Positions 10,888-26,800 of a stretch of DNA of 64,000 nt are shown piece after piece. The stretch is from Auanema rhodensis (taxonomy: Eukaryota > Animalia > Nematoda). The notes below the pieces were generated by a model that had not been told where the DNA came from, did no database searches, and worked only from the letters and a program-made list of their open reading frames with translations. Position numbers and translations under genes: made by a program. How positions within the stretch are numbered: the stretch's first letter is position 1; each line of letters opens with the position of its first letter. The stretch covers positions 2,232,001 to 2,296,000 of the forward strand of contig OZ059897.1 in the NCBI GenBank assembly GCA_964057225.1. Direction: 5' to 3'.

Positions 10888-13800
10888 ATGCACCGAGATA
10901 TCAACTGATATATGTTCACACTTATATCCTCGATTTTCACCCTGAAGAAATGATTTTTTGGTTGAAAAACATTGTCCATCGTCTTCGTCTTAAAAAAAGG
11001 AATCTAAAAACATCTACTTTTTGTGAAATTATTTAAAAATTTTTCGGGAAAATTTTTGTCAAAATGTTTTTGGAAGCAATGTTGAGTGTACATGGGAACT
11101 CAGCATACACTAATGCATTATTTTTCAAACGATAATAACTAATTTTTGTATAGAGCGTTTCTTAATGTAGTATAGTGCATTCGATGCGGATTTTTAAGTT
11201 GCGTTGATCTGTGTTATCAGATTTGAGTTAGCTTAAAAATGCACCGAGATATCAACTGATATATGTTCACACTTATATCCTCGATTTTCACCCTGAAGAA
11301 ATGATTTTTTCGTTGAATAACATTGTCCATCATCTTCGTCTTGAAAAAAGGAATCTAAAAACATCTACTTTTTGTGAAATTATTTAGAAATTTTTCGGGA
11401 AAATTTTTGTCAAAATGTTTTTGGAAGCAATGTTGAGTGTACATGGGAACTCAACATACACTAATGCATTATTTTTCAAACGATCATAACTAATTTTTGT
11501 AAATAGCGTTTCTCAAGGTTGTATAGTGCATTCGATGCGGATTTTTAAGCTGCGTCGATCTGTGTTATCAGATTTGAGCTAGCTTAAAAATGCACCGCGA
11601 TATCAACTGATATATGTTCACACTTATATCCTCGATTTTCACCCTGAAGAAATGATTTTTTGGTTGAAAAACATTGTCCATCGTCTTCGTCTTGAAAAAA
11701 GGAATCTAAAAACATCTACTTTTTGTGAAATTATTTGGAAATTTTTCGGGAAAATTTTTGTCAAAATGTTTTTGGAAGCAATGTTGAGTGTACATGGGAA
11801 CTCAACATACACTAATGCATTATTTTACAAACGATCATAACTAATTTTTGTATAAAGCGTTTCTTAATGTAGTATAGTGCATTCGATGCGGATTTTTAAG
11901 CTGCGTCGATCTGTGTTATCAGATTTGAGTTAGCTTAAAAATGCACCGAGATATCAACTGATATATGTTCACACTTATATCCTCGATTTTCACCCTGAAG
12001 AAATGATTTTTTCGTTGAAAAAACATTGTCCATCGTCTTTGCCTTGAAAAAAGGAATCTAAAAACATCTACTTTTTGTGAAATTATTTAGAAATTTTTCG
12101 GGAAAATTTTTGTCAAAATGTTTTTGGAAGCAATGTTGGGTGTACATGGGAACTCAACATACACTAATGCATTATTTTTCAAACGATCATAACTAATTTT
12201 TGTATAAAGCGTTTCTTAATGTAGTATAGTGCATTCGATGCGGATTTTTAAGCTGCGTCGATCTGTGTTATCAGATTTGAGTTAGGTTAAAAATGCACCG
12301 AGATATCAACTGATATATGTTCACACTTATATCCTCGATTTTCACCCTGAAGAAATGATTTTTTCGTTGAAAAAACATTGTCCATCGTCTTTGCCTTGAA
12401 AAAAGGAATCTGAAAACATCTACTTTTTGTGAAATTATTTAGAAATTTTTCGGGAAAATTTTTGTCAAAATGTTTTTGGAAGCAATGTTGAGTGTACATG
12501 GGAACTCAACATACACTAATGCATTATTTTTCAAACGATCATAACTAATTTTTGTAAATAGCGTTTCTCGATGTAGTATAGTGCATTCGATGCGGATTTT
12601 TAAGCTGCGTTGATCTGTGTTATCAGATTTGAGTTAACTTAAAAATGCACCGAGATATCAACTGATATAGGTTCACACTTATATCCTCGATTTTCACCCT
12701 GAAGAAATGATTTTTTCGTTGAAAAACATTGTCCATCGTCTTTGTCATGAAAAAAGGAATCTAAAAACATCTACTTTTTGTGAAATTATTCAGAAAATTT
12801 TCGGGAAAATTTTTGTCAAAATGTTTTTGGAAGCAATGTTGAGTGTACATGGGAACTCAACATACACTAATGCATTATTTTTCAAACGATCATAACTAAT
12901 TTTTGTAAATAGCGTTTCTCAAGGTAGTATAGTGCATTCGATGCGGATTTTTAAGCTGCGTCGATCTGTGTTATCAGATTTGAGCTAGCTTAAAAATGCA
13001 CCGAGATATCAACTGATATATGTTCACACTTATATCCTCGATTTTCACCCTGAAGAAATGATTTTTTGGTTGAAAAACATTGTCCATCGTCTTCGTCTTG
13101 AAAAAAGAAATCTAAAAACATCTACTTTTTGTGAAATTATTTAGAAAGTTTTCGGGAAAATTTTTGTCAAAATGTTTTTGGAAGCAATGTTGGGTGTACA
13201 TGGGAACTCAACATACACTAATGCATTATTTTTCAAACGATCATAACTAATTTTTGTATAAAGCGTTTCTTAATGTAGTATAGTGCATTCGATGCGGATT
13301 TTTAAGCTGCGTCGATCTGTGTTATCAGATTTGAGTTAACTTAAAAATGCACCGAGATATCAACTGATATATGTTCACACTTATATCCTCGATTTTCACC
13401 CTGAAGAATTTATTTTTTCGTTGAATAACATTGTCCATCGTCTTCGCCTTGAAAGAAGGAATCTAAAAACATCTACTTTTTGTGAAATTATTCAGAAATT
13501 TTTCGGGAAAATTTTTGTCAAAATGTTTTTGGAAGCAATGTTGAGTGTACATGGGAACTCAACATACACTAATGCATTATTTTTCAAACGATCATAACTA
13601 ATTTTTGTAAATAGCGTTTCTCGATGTAGTATAGTGCATTCGATGCGGATTTTTAAGCTGCGTTGATCTGTGTTATCAGATTTGAGTTAACTTAAAAATG
13701 CACCGAGATATCAACTGATATAGGTTCACACTTATATCCTCGATTTTCACCCTGAAGAAATGATTTTTTCGTTGAAAAACATTGTCCATCGTCTTCGTCA

Positions 13801-14048
13801 TGAAAAAAGGAATCTAAAAACATCTACTTTTTGTGAAATTATTCAGAAAATTTTCGGGAAAATTTTTGTCAAAATGTTTTTGGAAGCAATGTTGAGTGTA
13901 CATGGGAACTCAACATACACTAATGCATTATTTTTCAAACGATCATAACTAATTTTTGTAAATAGCGTTTCTCAAGGTAGTATAGTGCATTCGATGCGGA
14001 TTTTTAAGCTGCGTTGATCTGTGTTATCAGATTTGAGTTAACTTAAAA

Positions 14049-16155
14049 ATGCACCGAGATATCAACTGATATAGGTTCACACTTATATCCTCGATTTTCA
14101 CCCTGAAGAAATGATTTTTTCGTTGAAAAACATTGTCCATCGTCTTCGTCATGAAAAAAGGAATCTAAAAACATCTACTTTTTGTGAAATTATTCAGAAA
14201 ATTTTCGGGAAAATTTTTGTCAAAATGTTTTTGGAAGCAATGTTGAGTGTACATGGGAACTCAACATACACTAATGCATTATTTTTCAAACGATCATAAC
14301 TAATTTTTGTAAATAGCGTTTCTCAAGGTAGTATAATGCATTCGATGCGGATTTTTAAGCTGCGTCGATCTGTGTTATCAGATTTGAGCTAGCTTAAAAA
14401 TGCACCGCGATATCAACTGATATATGTTCACACTTATATCCTCGATTTTCACCCTGAAGAAATGATTTTTTGGTTGAAAAACATTGTCCATCGTCTTCGT
14501 CTTGAAAAAAGGAATCTAAAAACATCTACTTTTTTGAAATTATTTAGAAATTTTTCGGGAAAATTTTTGTCAAAATGTTTTTGGAAGCAATGTTGAGTGT
14601 ACATGGGAACTCAACATACACTAATGCATTATTTTTCAAACGATCATAACTAATTTTTGTATAAAGCGTTTCTTAATGTAGTATAGTGCATTCGATGCGG
14701 ATTTTTAAGCTGCGTCGATCTGTGTTATCAGATTTGAGTTAGCTTAAAAATGCACCGAGATATCAACTGATATATGTTCACACTTATATCCTCGATTTTC
14801 ACCCTGAAGAAATGATTTTTTCGTTGAAAAAACATTGTCTATCGTCTTTGCCTTGAAAAAAGGAATCTAAAAACATCTACTTTTTGTGAAATTATTTAGA
14901 AATTTTTCGGGAAAATTTTTGTCAAAATGTTTTTGGAAGCAATGTTGAGTGTACATGGGAACTCAACAAACACTAATGCATTATTTTTCAAACGATCATA
15001 ACTTATTTTTGTATAGAGCGTTTCTCAATGTAGTATAGTGCATTCGATGCGGATTTTTAAGCTGCGTCGATCTGTGTTATCCGATTTGAGCTAGCTTGAA
15101 AATGTACCGAGATATCAACTGATATAGGTTCACACTTATATCCTCGATTTTCACCCTGAAGAAATGATTTTTTCGTTGAAAAACATTGTCCATCGTCTTC
15201 GTCATGAAAAAAGGAATCTAAAAACATCTACTTTTTGTGAAATTATTCAGAAAATTTTCGGGAAAATTTTTGTCAAAATGTTTTTGGAAGCAATGTTGAG
15301 TGTACATGGGAACTCAACATACACTAATGCATTATTTTTCAAACGATCATAACTAATTTTTGTAAATAGCGTTTCTCAAGGTAGTATAATGCATTCGATG
15401 CGGATTTTTAAGCTGCGTCGATCTGTGTTATCAGATTTGAGCTAGCTTAAAAATGCACCGCGATATCAACTGATATATGTTCACACTTATATCCTCGATT
15501 TTCACCCTGAAGAAATGATTTTTTGGTTGAAAAACATTGTCCATCGTCTTCGTCTTGAAAAAAGGAATCTAAAAACATCTACTTTTTGTGAAATTATTTA
15601 GAAATTTTTCGGGAAAATTTTTGTCAAAATGTTTTTGGAAGCAATGTTGAGTGTACATGGGAACTCAACATACACTAATGCATTATTTTTCAAACGATCA
15701 TAACTAATTTTTGTATAAAGCGTTTCTTAATGTAGTATAGTGCATTCGATGCGGATTTTTAAGCTGCGTCGATCTGTGTTATCAGATTTGAGTTAGCTTA
15801 AAAATGCACCGAGATATCAACTGATATATGTTCACACTTATATCCTCGATTTTCACCCTGAAGAAATGATTTTTTCGTTGAAAAAACATTGTCTATCGTC
15901 TTTGCCTTGAAAAAAGGAATCTAAAAACATCTACTTTTTGTGAAATTATTTAGAAATTTTTCGGGAAAATTTTTGTCAAAATGTTTTTGGAAGCAATGTT
16001 GAGTGTACATGGGAACTCAACAAACACTAATGCATTATTTTTCAAACGATCATAACTTATTTTTGTATAGAGCGTTTCTCAATGTAGTATAGTGCATTCG
16101 ATGCGGATTTTTAAGCTGCGTCGATCTGTGTTATCCGATTTGAGCTAGCTTGAAA
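14049..16155. repeat. 3-mer higher-order duplication (H-W-L)x2
   Basis: GTATAATGC, ATTGTCTATC and CAACAAAC each occur in both units, about 1053-1054 bp apart. Confidence 0.85.
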
Positions 16156-18263
16156 ATGTACCGAGATATCAACTGATATAGGTTCACACTTATATCCTCG
16201 ATTTTCACCCTGAAGAAATGATTTTTTCGTTGAAAAACATTGTCCATCGTCTTCGTCATGAAAAAAGGAATCTAAAAACATATACTTTTTGTGAAATTAT
16301 TCAGAAATTTTTCGGGAAAATTTTTGTCAAAATGTTTTTGGAAGCAATGTTGAGTGTACATGGGAACTCAACATACACTAATGCATTATTTTTCAAACGA
16401 TCATAACTAATTTTTTTATAAAGCGTTTCTTAATGTAGTATAGTGCATTCGATGCGGATTTTTAAGCTGCGTCGATCTGTGTTATCAGATTTGAGTTAGC
16501 TTAAAAATGCACCGAGATATCAACTGATATATGTTCACACTTATATCCTCGATTTTCACCCTGAAGAAATGATTTTTTCGTTGAAAAACATTGTCCATCG
16601 TCTTCGTCATGAAAAAAGGATTCTAAAAACATATACTTTTTGTGAAATTATTCAGAAAATTTTCGGGAAAATTTTTGTCAAAATGTTTTTGGAAGCAATG
16701 TTGAGTGTACATGGGAACTCAGCATACACTAATGCATTATTTTTCAAACGATAATAACTAATTTTTGTATAGAGCGTTTCTTAATGTAGTAAAGTGCATT
16801 CGATGCGGATTTTTAAGCTGTGTCGATCTGTGTTATCAGATTTGAGTTAGCTTAAAAATGCACCGAGATATCAACTGATATATGTTCACACTTATATCCT
16901 CGATTTTCACCCTGAAGAAATGATTTTTTCGTTGAAAAAACATTGTCCATCGTCTTTGCCTTGAAAAAAGGAATCTAAAAACATCTACTTTTTGTGAAAT
17001 TATTCAGAAATTTTTCGGGAAAATTTTTGTCAAAATGTTTTTGGAAGCAATGTTGAGTGTACATGGGAACTCAACATACACTAATGCATTATTTTTCAAA
17101 CGATCATAACTTATTTTTGTATAGAGCGTTTCTCAATGTAGTATAGTGCATTCGATGCGGATTTTTAAGCTGCGTCGATCTGTGTTATCAGATTTGAGTT
17201 AGCTTAAAAATGCACCGAGATATCAACTGATATATGTTCACACTTATATCCTCGATTTTCACCCTGAAGAAATGATTTTTTCTTTGAAAAAACATTGTCC
17301 ATCGTCTTTGCCTTGAAAAAAGGAATCTAAAAACATCTACTTTTTGTGAAATTATTTAGAAATTTTTCGGGAAAATTTTTGTCAAAATGTTTTTGGAAGC
17401 AATGTTGAGTGTACATGGGAACTCAACATACACTAATGCATTATTTTTCAAACGATCATAACTAATTTTTGTAAATAGCGTTTCTCGATGTAGTATAGTG
17501 CATTCGATGCGGATTTTTAAGCTGCGTTGATCTGTGTTATCAGATTTGAGTTAACTTAAAAATGCACCGAGATATCAACTGATATAGGTTCACACTTATA
17601 TCCTCGATTTTCACCCTGAAGAAATGATTTTTTTGTTGAAAAACATTGTCCATCGTCTTTGTCATGAAAAAAGGAATCTAAAAACATCTACTTTTTGTGA
17701 AATTATTCAGAAAATTTTCGGGAAAATTTTTGTCAAAATGTTTTTGGAAGCAATGTTGAGTGTACATGGGAACTCAACATACACTAATGCATTATTTTTC
17801 AAACGATCATAACTAATTTTTGTAAATAGCGTTTCTCAAGGTAGTATAGTGCATTCGATGCGGATTTTTAAGCTGCGTCGATCTGTGTTATCAGATTTGA
17901 GCTAGCTTAAAAATGCACCGAGATATCAACTGATATATGTTCACACTTATATCCTCGATTTTCACCCTGAAGAAATGATTTTTTGGTTGAAAAACATTGT
18001 CCATCGTCTTCGTCTTGAAAAAAGGAATCTAAAAACATCTACTTTTTGTGAAATTATTTAGAAATTTTTCGGGAAAATTTTTGTCAAAATGTTTTTGGAA
18101 GCAATGTTGGGTGTACATGGGAACTCAACATACACTAATGCATTATTTTTCAAACGATCATAACTAATTTTTGTATAAAGCGTTTCTTAATGTAGTATAG
18201 TGCATTCGATGCGGATTTTTAAGCTGCGTCGATCTGTGTTATCAGATTTGAGTTAGCTTAAAA

Positions 18264-20371
18264 ATGCACCGAGATATCAACTGATATATGTTCCCACTTA
18301 TATCCTCGATTTTCACCCTGAAGAAATGATTTTTTTGTTGAAAAAACATTGTCCATCGTCTTTGCCTTGAAAAAAGGAATCTAAAAACATCTACTTTTTG
18401 TGAAATTATTTAGAAATTTTTCGGGAAAATTTTTGTCAAAATGTTTTTGGAAGCAATGTTGAGTGTACATGGGAACTCAACATACACTAATGCATTATTT
18501 TTCAAACGATCATAACTTATTTTTGTATAGAGCGTTTCTCAATGTAGTATAGTGCATTCGATGCGGATTTTTAAGCTGCGTCGATCTGTGTTATCCGATT
18601 TGAGCTAGCTTGAAAATGTACCGAGATATCAACTGATATATGTTCACACTTATATCCTCGATTTTCACCCTGAAGAATTTATTTTTTCGTTGAATAACAT
18701 TGTCCATCGTCTTCGCCTTGAAAGAAGGAATCTAAAAACATCTACTTTTTGTGAAATTATTCAGAAATTTTTCGGGAAAATTTTTGTCAAAATGTTTTTG
18801 GAAGCAATGTTGAGTGTACATGGGAACTCAACATACACTAATGCATTATTTTTCAAACGATCATAACTTATTTTTGTATAGAGCGTTTCTCAATGTAGTA
18901 TAGTGCATTCGATGCGGATTTTTAAGCTGCGTCGATCTGTGTTATCCGATTTGAGCTAGCTTGAAAATGTACCGAGATATCAACTGATATATGTTCACAC
19001 TTATATCCTCGATTTTCACCCTGAAGAAATGATTTTTTCGTTGAATAACATTGTCCATCATCTTCGTCTTGAAAAAAGGAATCTAAAAACATCTACTTTT
19101 TGTGAAATTATTTAGAAATTTTTCGGGAAAATTTTTGTCAAAATGTTTTTGGAAGCAATGTTGAGTGTACATGGGAACTCAACATACACTAATGCATTAT
19201 TTTTCAAACGATCATAACTAATTTTTGTATAAAGCGTTTCTTAATGTAGTATAGTGCATTCGATGCGGATTTTTAAGCTGCGTCGATCTGTGTTATCAGA
19301 TTTGAGTTAGCTTAAAAATGCACCGAGATATCAACTGATATATGTTCCCACTTATATCCTCGATTTTCACCCTGAAGAAATGATTTTTTTGTTGAAAAAA
19401 CATTGTCCATCGTCTTTGCCTTGAAAAAAGGAATCTAAAAACATCTACTTTTTGTGAAATTATTTAGAAATTTTTCGGGAAAATTTTTGTCAAAATGTTT
19501 TTGGAAGCAATGTTGAGTGTACATGGGAACTCAACATACACTAATGCATTATTTTTCAAACGATCATAACTTATTTTTGTATAGAGCGTTTCTCAATGTA
19601 GTATAGTGCATTCGATGCGGATTTTTAAGCTGCGTCGATCTGTGTTATCCGATTTGAGCTAGCTTGAAAATGTACCGAGATATCAACTGATATATGTTCA
19701 CACTTATATCCTCGATTTTCACCCTGAAGAATTTATTTTTTCGTTGAATAACATTGTCCATCGTCTTCGCCTTGAAAGAAGGAATCTAAAAACATCTACT
19801 TTTTGTGAAATTATTCAGAAATTTTTCGGGAAAATTTTTGTCAAAATGTTTTTGGAAGCAATGTTGAGTGTACATGGGAACTCAACATACACTAATGCAT
19901 TATTTTTCAAACGATCATAACTTATTTTTGTATAGAGCGTTTCTCAATGTAGTATAGTGCATTCGATGCGGATTTTTAAGCTGCGTCGATCTGTGTTATC
20001 CGATTTGAGCTAGCTTGAAAATGTACCGAGATATCAACTGATATATGTTCACACTTATATCCTCGATTTTCACCCTGAAGAAATGATTTTTTCGTTGAAT
20101 AACATTGTCCATCATCTTCGTCTTGAAAAAAGGAATCTAAAAACATCTACTTTTTGTGAAATTATTTAGAAATTTTTCGGGAAAATTTTTGTCAAAATGT
20201 TTTTGGAAGCAATGTTGAGTGTACATGGGAACTCAACATACACTAATGCATTATTTTTCAAACGATCATAACTTATTTTTGTATAGAGCGTTTCTTAATG
20301 TAGTATAGTGCATTCGATGCGGATTTTTAAGCTGCGTCGATCTGTGTTATCAGATTTGAGCTAGCTTAAAA
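18264..20371. repeat. 3-mer higher-order duplication (L-R-N)x2, 1054 bp
   Basis: Private GTTCCCACTT in the monomers at 18264 and 19318; same class order. Confidence 0.85.
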
Positions 20372-20722
20372 ATGCACCGAGATATCAACTGATATATGTT
20401 CACACTTATATCCTCGATTTTCACCCTGAAGAAATGATTTTTTGGTTGAAAAACATTGTCCATCGTCTTCGTCTTGAAAAAAGGAATCTAAAAACATCTA
20501 CTTTTTGTGAAATTATTTAGAAATTTTTCGGGAAAATTTTTGTCAAAATGTTTTTGGAAGCAATGTTGAGTGTACATGGGAACTCAACATACACTAATGC
20601 ATTATTTTTCAAACGATCATAACTTATTTTTGTATAGAGCGTTTCTCAATGTAGTATAGTGCATTCGATGCGGATTTTTAAGCTGCGTCGATCTGTGTTA
20701 TCCGATTTGAGCTAGCTTGAAA

Positions 20723-23700
20723 ATGTACCGAGATATCAACTGATATATGTTCACACTTATATCCTCGATTTTCACCCTGAAGAATTTATTTTTTCGTTGA
20801 ATAACATTGTCCATCGTCTTCGCCTTGAAAGAAGGAATCTAAAAACATCTACTTTTTGTGAAATTATTCAGAAATTTTTCGGGAAAATTTTTGTCAAAAT
20901 GTTTTTGGAAGCAATGTTGAGTGTACATGGGAACTCAACATACACTAATGCATTATTTTTCAAACGATCATAACTTATTTTTGTATAGAGCGTTTCTCAA
21001 TGTAGTATAGTGCATTCGATGCGGATTTTTAAGCTGCGTCGATCTGTGTTATCAGATTTGAGCTAGCTTAAAAATGCACCGAGATATCAACTGATATATG
21101 TTCACACTTATATCCTCGATTTTCACCCTGAAGAAATGATTTTTTGGTTGAAAAACATTGTCCATCGTCTTCGTCTTGAGAAAAGGAATCTAAAAACATC
21201 TACTTTTTGTGAAATTATTCAGAAATTTTTCGGGAAAATTTTTGTCAAAATGTTTTTGGAAGCAATGTTGAGTGTACATGGGAACTCAACATACACTAAT
21301 GCATTATTTTTCAAACGATCATAACTTATTTTTGTATAGAGCGTTTCTCAATGTAGTATAGTGCATTCGATGCGGATTTTTAAGCTGCGTCGATCTGTGT
21401 TATCAGATTTGAGTTAGCTTAAAAATGCACCGAGATATCAACTGATATATGTTCACACTTTTATCCTCGATTTTCACCCTGAAGAAATGATTTTTTCTTT
21501 GAAAAAACATTGTCCATCGTCTTTGCCTTGAAAAAAGGAATCTAAAAACATCTACTTTTTGTGAAATTATTTAGAAATTTTTCGGGAAAATTTTTGTCAA
21601 AATGTTTTTGGAAGCAATGTTGAGTGTACATGGGAACTCAACATACACTAATGCATTATTTTTCAAACGATCATAACTTATTTTTGTATAGAGCGTTTCT
21701 CAATGTAGTATAGTGCATTCGATGCGGATTTTTAAGCTGCGTCGATCTGTGTTATCCGATTTGAGCTAGCTTGAAAATGTACCGAGATATCAACTGATAT
21801 ATGTTCACACTTATATCCTCGATTTTCACCCTGAAGAATTTATTTTTTCGTTGAATAACATTGTCCATCGTCTTCGCCTTGAAAGAAGGAATCTAAAAAC
21901 ATCTACTTTTTGTGAAATTATTCAGAAATTTTTCGGGAAAATTTTTGTCAAAATGTTTTTGGAAGCAATGTTGAGTGTACATGGGAACTCAACATACACT
22001 AATGCATTATTTTTCAAACGATCATAACTTATTTTTGTATAGAGCGTTTCTCAATGTAGTATAGTGCATTCGATGCGGATTTTTAAGCTGCGTCGATCTG
22101 TGTTATCAGATTTGAGCTAGCTTAAAAATGCACCGAGATATCAACTGATATATGTTCACACTTATATCCTCGATTTTCACCCTGAAGAAATGATTTTTTG
22201 GTTGAAAAACATTGTCCATCGTCTTCGTCTTGAAAAAAGGAATCTAAAAACATCTACTTTTTGTGAAATTATTCAGAAATTTTTCGGGAAAATTTTTGTC
22301 AAAATGTTTTTGGAAGCAATGTTGAGTGTACATGGGAACTCAACATACACTAATGCATTATTTTTCAAACGATCATAACTTATTTTTGTATAGAGCGTTT
22401 CTCAATGTAGTATAGTGCATTCGATGCGGATTTTTAAGCTGCGTCGATCTGTGTTATCAGATTTGAGTTAGCTTAAAAATGCACCGAGATATCAACTGAT
22501 ATATGTTCACACTTTTATCCTCGATTTTCACCCTGAAGAAATGATTTTTTCTTTGAAAAAACATTGTCCATCGTCTTTGCCTTGAAAAAAGGAATCTAAA
22601 AACATCTACTTTTTGTGAAATTATTTAGAAATTTTTCGGGAAAATTTTTGTCAAAATGTTTTTGGAAGCAATGTTGAGTGTACATGGGAACTCAACATAC
22701 ACTAATGCATTATTTTTCAAACGATCATAACTTATTTTTGTATAGAGCGTTTCTCAATGTAGTATAGTGCATTCGATGCGGATTTTTAAGCTGCGTCGAT
22801 CTGTGTTATCCGATTTGAGCTAGCTTGAAAATGTACCGAGATATCAACTGATATATGTTCACACTTATATCCTCGATTTTCACCCTGAAGAATTTATTTT
22901 TTCGTTGAATAACATTGTCCATCGTCTTCGCCTTGAAAGAAGGAATCTAAAAACATCTACTTTTTGTGAAATTATTCAGAAATTTTTCGGGAAAATTTTT
23001 GTCAAAATGTTTTTGGAAGCAATGTTGAGTGTACATGGGAACTCAACATACACTAATGCATTATTTTTCAAACGATCATAACTTATTTTTGTATAGAGCG
23101 TTTCTCAATGTAGTATAGTGCATTCGATGCGGATTTTTAAGCTGCGTCGATCTGTGTTATCAGATTAGAGCTAGCTTAAAAATGCACCGAGATATCAACT
23201 GATATATGTTCACACTTATATCCTCGATTTTCACCCTGAAGAAATGATTTTTTGGTTGAAAAACATTGTCCATCGTCTTCGTCTTGAAAAAAGGAATCTA
23301 AAAACATCTACTTTTTGTGAAATTATTCAGAAATTTTTCGGGAAAATTTTTGTCAAAATGTTTTTGGAAGCAATGTTGAGTGTACATGGGAACTCAACAT
23401 ACACTAATGCATTATTTTTCAAACGATCATAACTTATTTTTGTATAGAGCGTTTCTCAATGTAGTATAGTGCATTCGATGCGGATTTTTAAGCTGCGTCG
23501 ATCTGTGTTATCAGATTTGAGTTAGCTTAAAAATGCACCGAGATATCAACTGATATATGTTCACACTTTTATCCTCGATTTTCACCCTGAAGAAATGATT
23601 TTTTCTTTGAAAAAACATTGTCCATCGTCTTTGCCTTGAAAAAAGGAATCTAAAAACATCTACTTTTTGTGAAATTATTTAGAAATTTTTCGGGAAAATT

Positions 23701-23884
23701 TTTGTCAAAATGTTTTTGGAAGCAATGTTGAGTGTACATGGGAACTCAACATACACTAATGCATTATTTTTCAAACGATCATAACTAATTTTTGTAAATA
23801 GCGTTTCTCGATGTAGTATAGTGCATTCGATGCGGATTTTTAAGCTGCGTTGATCTGTGTTATCAGATTTGAGTTAACTTAAAA
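20723..23884. repeat. 3-mer higher-order repeat (R-W-L)x3, 1054 bp
   Basis: Identical ORFs at 21136, 22190 and 23244; the L copies share CACTTTTATC and TTTTCTTTG. Confidence 0.9.
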
Positions 23885-26800
23885 ATGCACCGAGATATCA
23901 ACTGATATAGGTTCACACTTATATCCTCGATTTTCACCCTGAAGAAATGATTTTTTCGTTGAAAAACATTGTCCATCGTCTTTGTCATGAAAAAAAGAAT
24001 CTAAAAACATCTACTTTTTGTGAAATTATTCAGAAAATTTTCGGGAAAATTTTTGTCAAAATGTTTTTGGAAGCAATGTTGAGTGTACATGGGAACTCAA
24101 CATACACTAATGCATTATTTTTCAAACGATCATAACTAATTTTTGTAAATAGCGTTTCTCAAGGTAGTATAGTGCATTCGATGCGGATTTTTAAGCTGCG
24201 TCGATCTGTGTTATCAGATTTGAGCTAGCTTAAAAATGCACCGAGATATCAACTGATATATGTTCACACTTATATCCTCGATTTTCACCCTGAAGAAATG
24301 ATTTTTTGGTTGAAAAACATTGTCCATCGTCTTCGTCTTGAAAAAAGGAATCTAAAAACATCTACTTTTTGTGAAATTATTTAGAAATTTTTCGGGAAAA
24401 TTTTTGTCAAAATGTTTTTGGAAGCAATGTTGGGTGTACATGGGAACTCAACATACACTAATGCATTATTTTTCAAACGATCATAACTAATTTTTGTATA
24501 AAGCGTTTCTTAATGTAGTATAGTGCATTCGATGCGGATTTTTAAGCTGCGTCGATCTGTGTTATCAGATTTGAGTTAGCTTAAAAATGCACCGAGATAT
24601 CAACTGATATAGGTTCACACTTATATCCTCGATTTTCACCCTGAAGAAATGATTTTTTCGTTGAAAAACATTGTCCATCGTCTTTGCCTTGAAAAAAGGA
24701 ATCTAAAAACATCTACTTTTTGTGAAATTATTTAGAAATTTTTCGGGAAAATTTTTGTCAAAATGTTTTTGGAAGCAATGTTGAGTGTACATGGGAACTC
24801 AACATACACTAATGCATTATTTTTCAAACGATCATAACTAATTTTTGTAAATAGCGTTTCTCAAGGTAGTATAGTGCATTCGATGCGGATTTTTAAGCTG
24901 CGTCGATCTGTGTTATCAGATTTGAGCTAGCTTAAAAATGCACCGAGATATCAACTGATATATGTTCACACTTATATCCTCGATTTTCACCCTGAAGAAA
25001 TGATTTTTTGGTTGAAAAACATTGTCCATCGTCTTCGTCTTGAAAAAAGGAATCTAAAAACATCTACTTTTTGTGAAATTATTCAGAAATTTTTTGGGAA
25101 AATTTTTGTCAAAATGTTTTTGGAAGCAATGTTGAGTGTACATGGGAACTCAACATACACTAATGCATTATTTTTCAAACGATCATAACTTATTTTTGTA
25201 TAGAGCGTTTCTCAATGTAGTATAGTGCATTCGATGCGGATTTTTAAGCTGCGTCGATCTGTGTTATCAGATTTGAGTTAGCTTAAAAATGCACCGAGAT
25301 ATCAACTGATATATGTTCACACTTTTATCCTCGATTTTCACCCTGAAGAAATGATTTTTTCTTTGAAAAAACATTGTCCATCGTCTTTGCCTTGAAAAAA
25401 GGAATCTAAAAACATCTACTTTTTGTGAAATTATTTAGAAATTTTTCGGGAAAATTTTTGTCAAAATGTTTTTGGAAGCAATGTTGAGTGTACATGGGAA
25501 CTCAACATACACTAATGCATTATTTTTCAAACGATCATAACTAATTTTTGTAAATAGCGTTTCTCGATGTAGTATAGTGCATTCGATGCGGATTTTTAAG
25601 CTGCGTTGATCTGTGTTATCAGATTTGAGTTAACTTAAAAATGCACCGAGATATCAACTGATATAGGTTCACACTTATATCCTCGATTTTCACCCTGAAG
25701 AATTTATTTTTTCGTTGAATAACATTGTCCATCGTCTTCGCCTTGAAAGAAGGAATCTAAAAACATCTACTTTTTGTGAAATTATTCAGAAAATTTTCGG
25801 GAAAATTTTTGTCAAAATGTTTTTGGAAGCAATGTTGAGTGTACATGGGAACTCAACATACACTAATGCATTATTTTTCAAACGATCATAACTAATTTTT
25901 GTAAATAGCGTTTCTCGATGTAGTATAGTGCATTCGATGCGGATTTTTAAGCTGCGTTGATCTGTGTTATCAGATTTGAGTTAACTTAAAAATGCACCGA
26001 GATATCAACTGATATAGGTTCACACTTATATCCTCGATTTTCACCCTGAAGAAATGATTTTTTCGTTGAAAAACATTGTCCATCGTCTTTGTCATGAAAA
26101 AAGGAATCTAAAAACATCTACTTTTTGTGAAATTATTCAGAAAATTTTCGGGAAAATTTTTGTCAAAATGTTTTTGGAAGCAATGTTGAGTGTACATGGG
26201 AACTCAACATACACTAATGCATTATTTTTCAAACGATCATAACTAATTTTTGTAAATAGCGTTTCTCAAGGTAGTATAGTGCATTCGATGCGGATTTTTA
26301 AGCTGCGTCGATCTGTGTTATCAGATTTGAGCTAGCTTAAAAATGCACCGAGATATCAACTGATATATGTTCACACTTATATCCTCGATTTTCACCCTGA
26401 AGAAATGATTTTTTGGTTGAAAAACATTGTCCATCGTCTTCGTCTTGAAAAAAGGAATCTAAAAACATCTACTTTTTGTGAAATTATTCAGAAATTTTTT
26501 GGGAAAATTTTTGTCAAAATGTTTTTGGAAGCAATGTTGAGTGTACATGGGAACTCAACATACACTAATGCATTATTTTTCAAACGATCATAACTTATTT
26601 TTGTATAGAGCGTTTCTCAATGTAGTATAGTGCATTCGATGCGGATTTTTAAGCTGCGTCGATCTGTGTTATCCGATTTGAGCTAGCTTGAAAATGTACC
26701 GAGATATCAACTGATATATGTTCACACTTATATCCTCGATTTTCACCCTGAAGAATTTATTTTTTCGTTGAATAACATTGTCCATCGTCTTCGCCTTGAA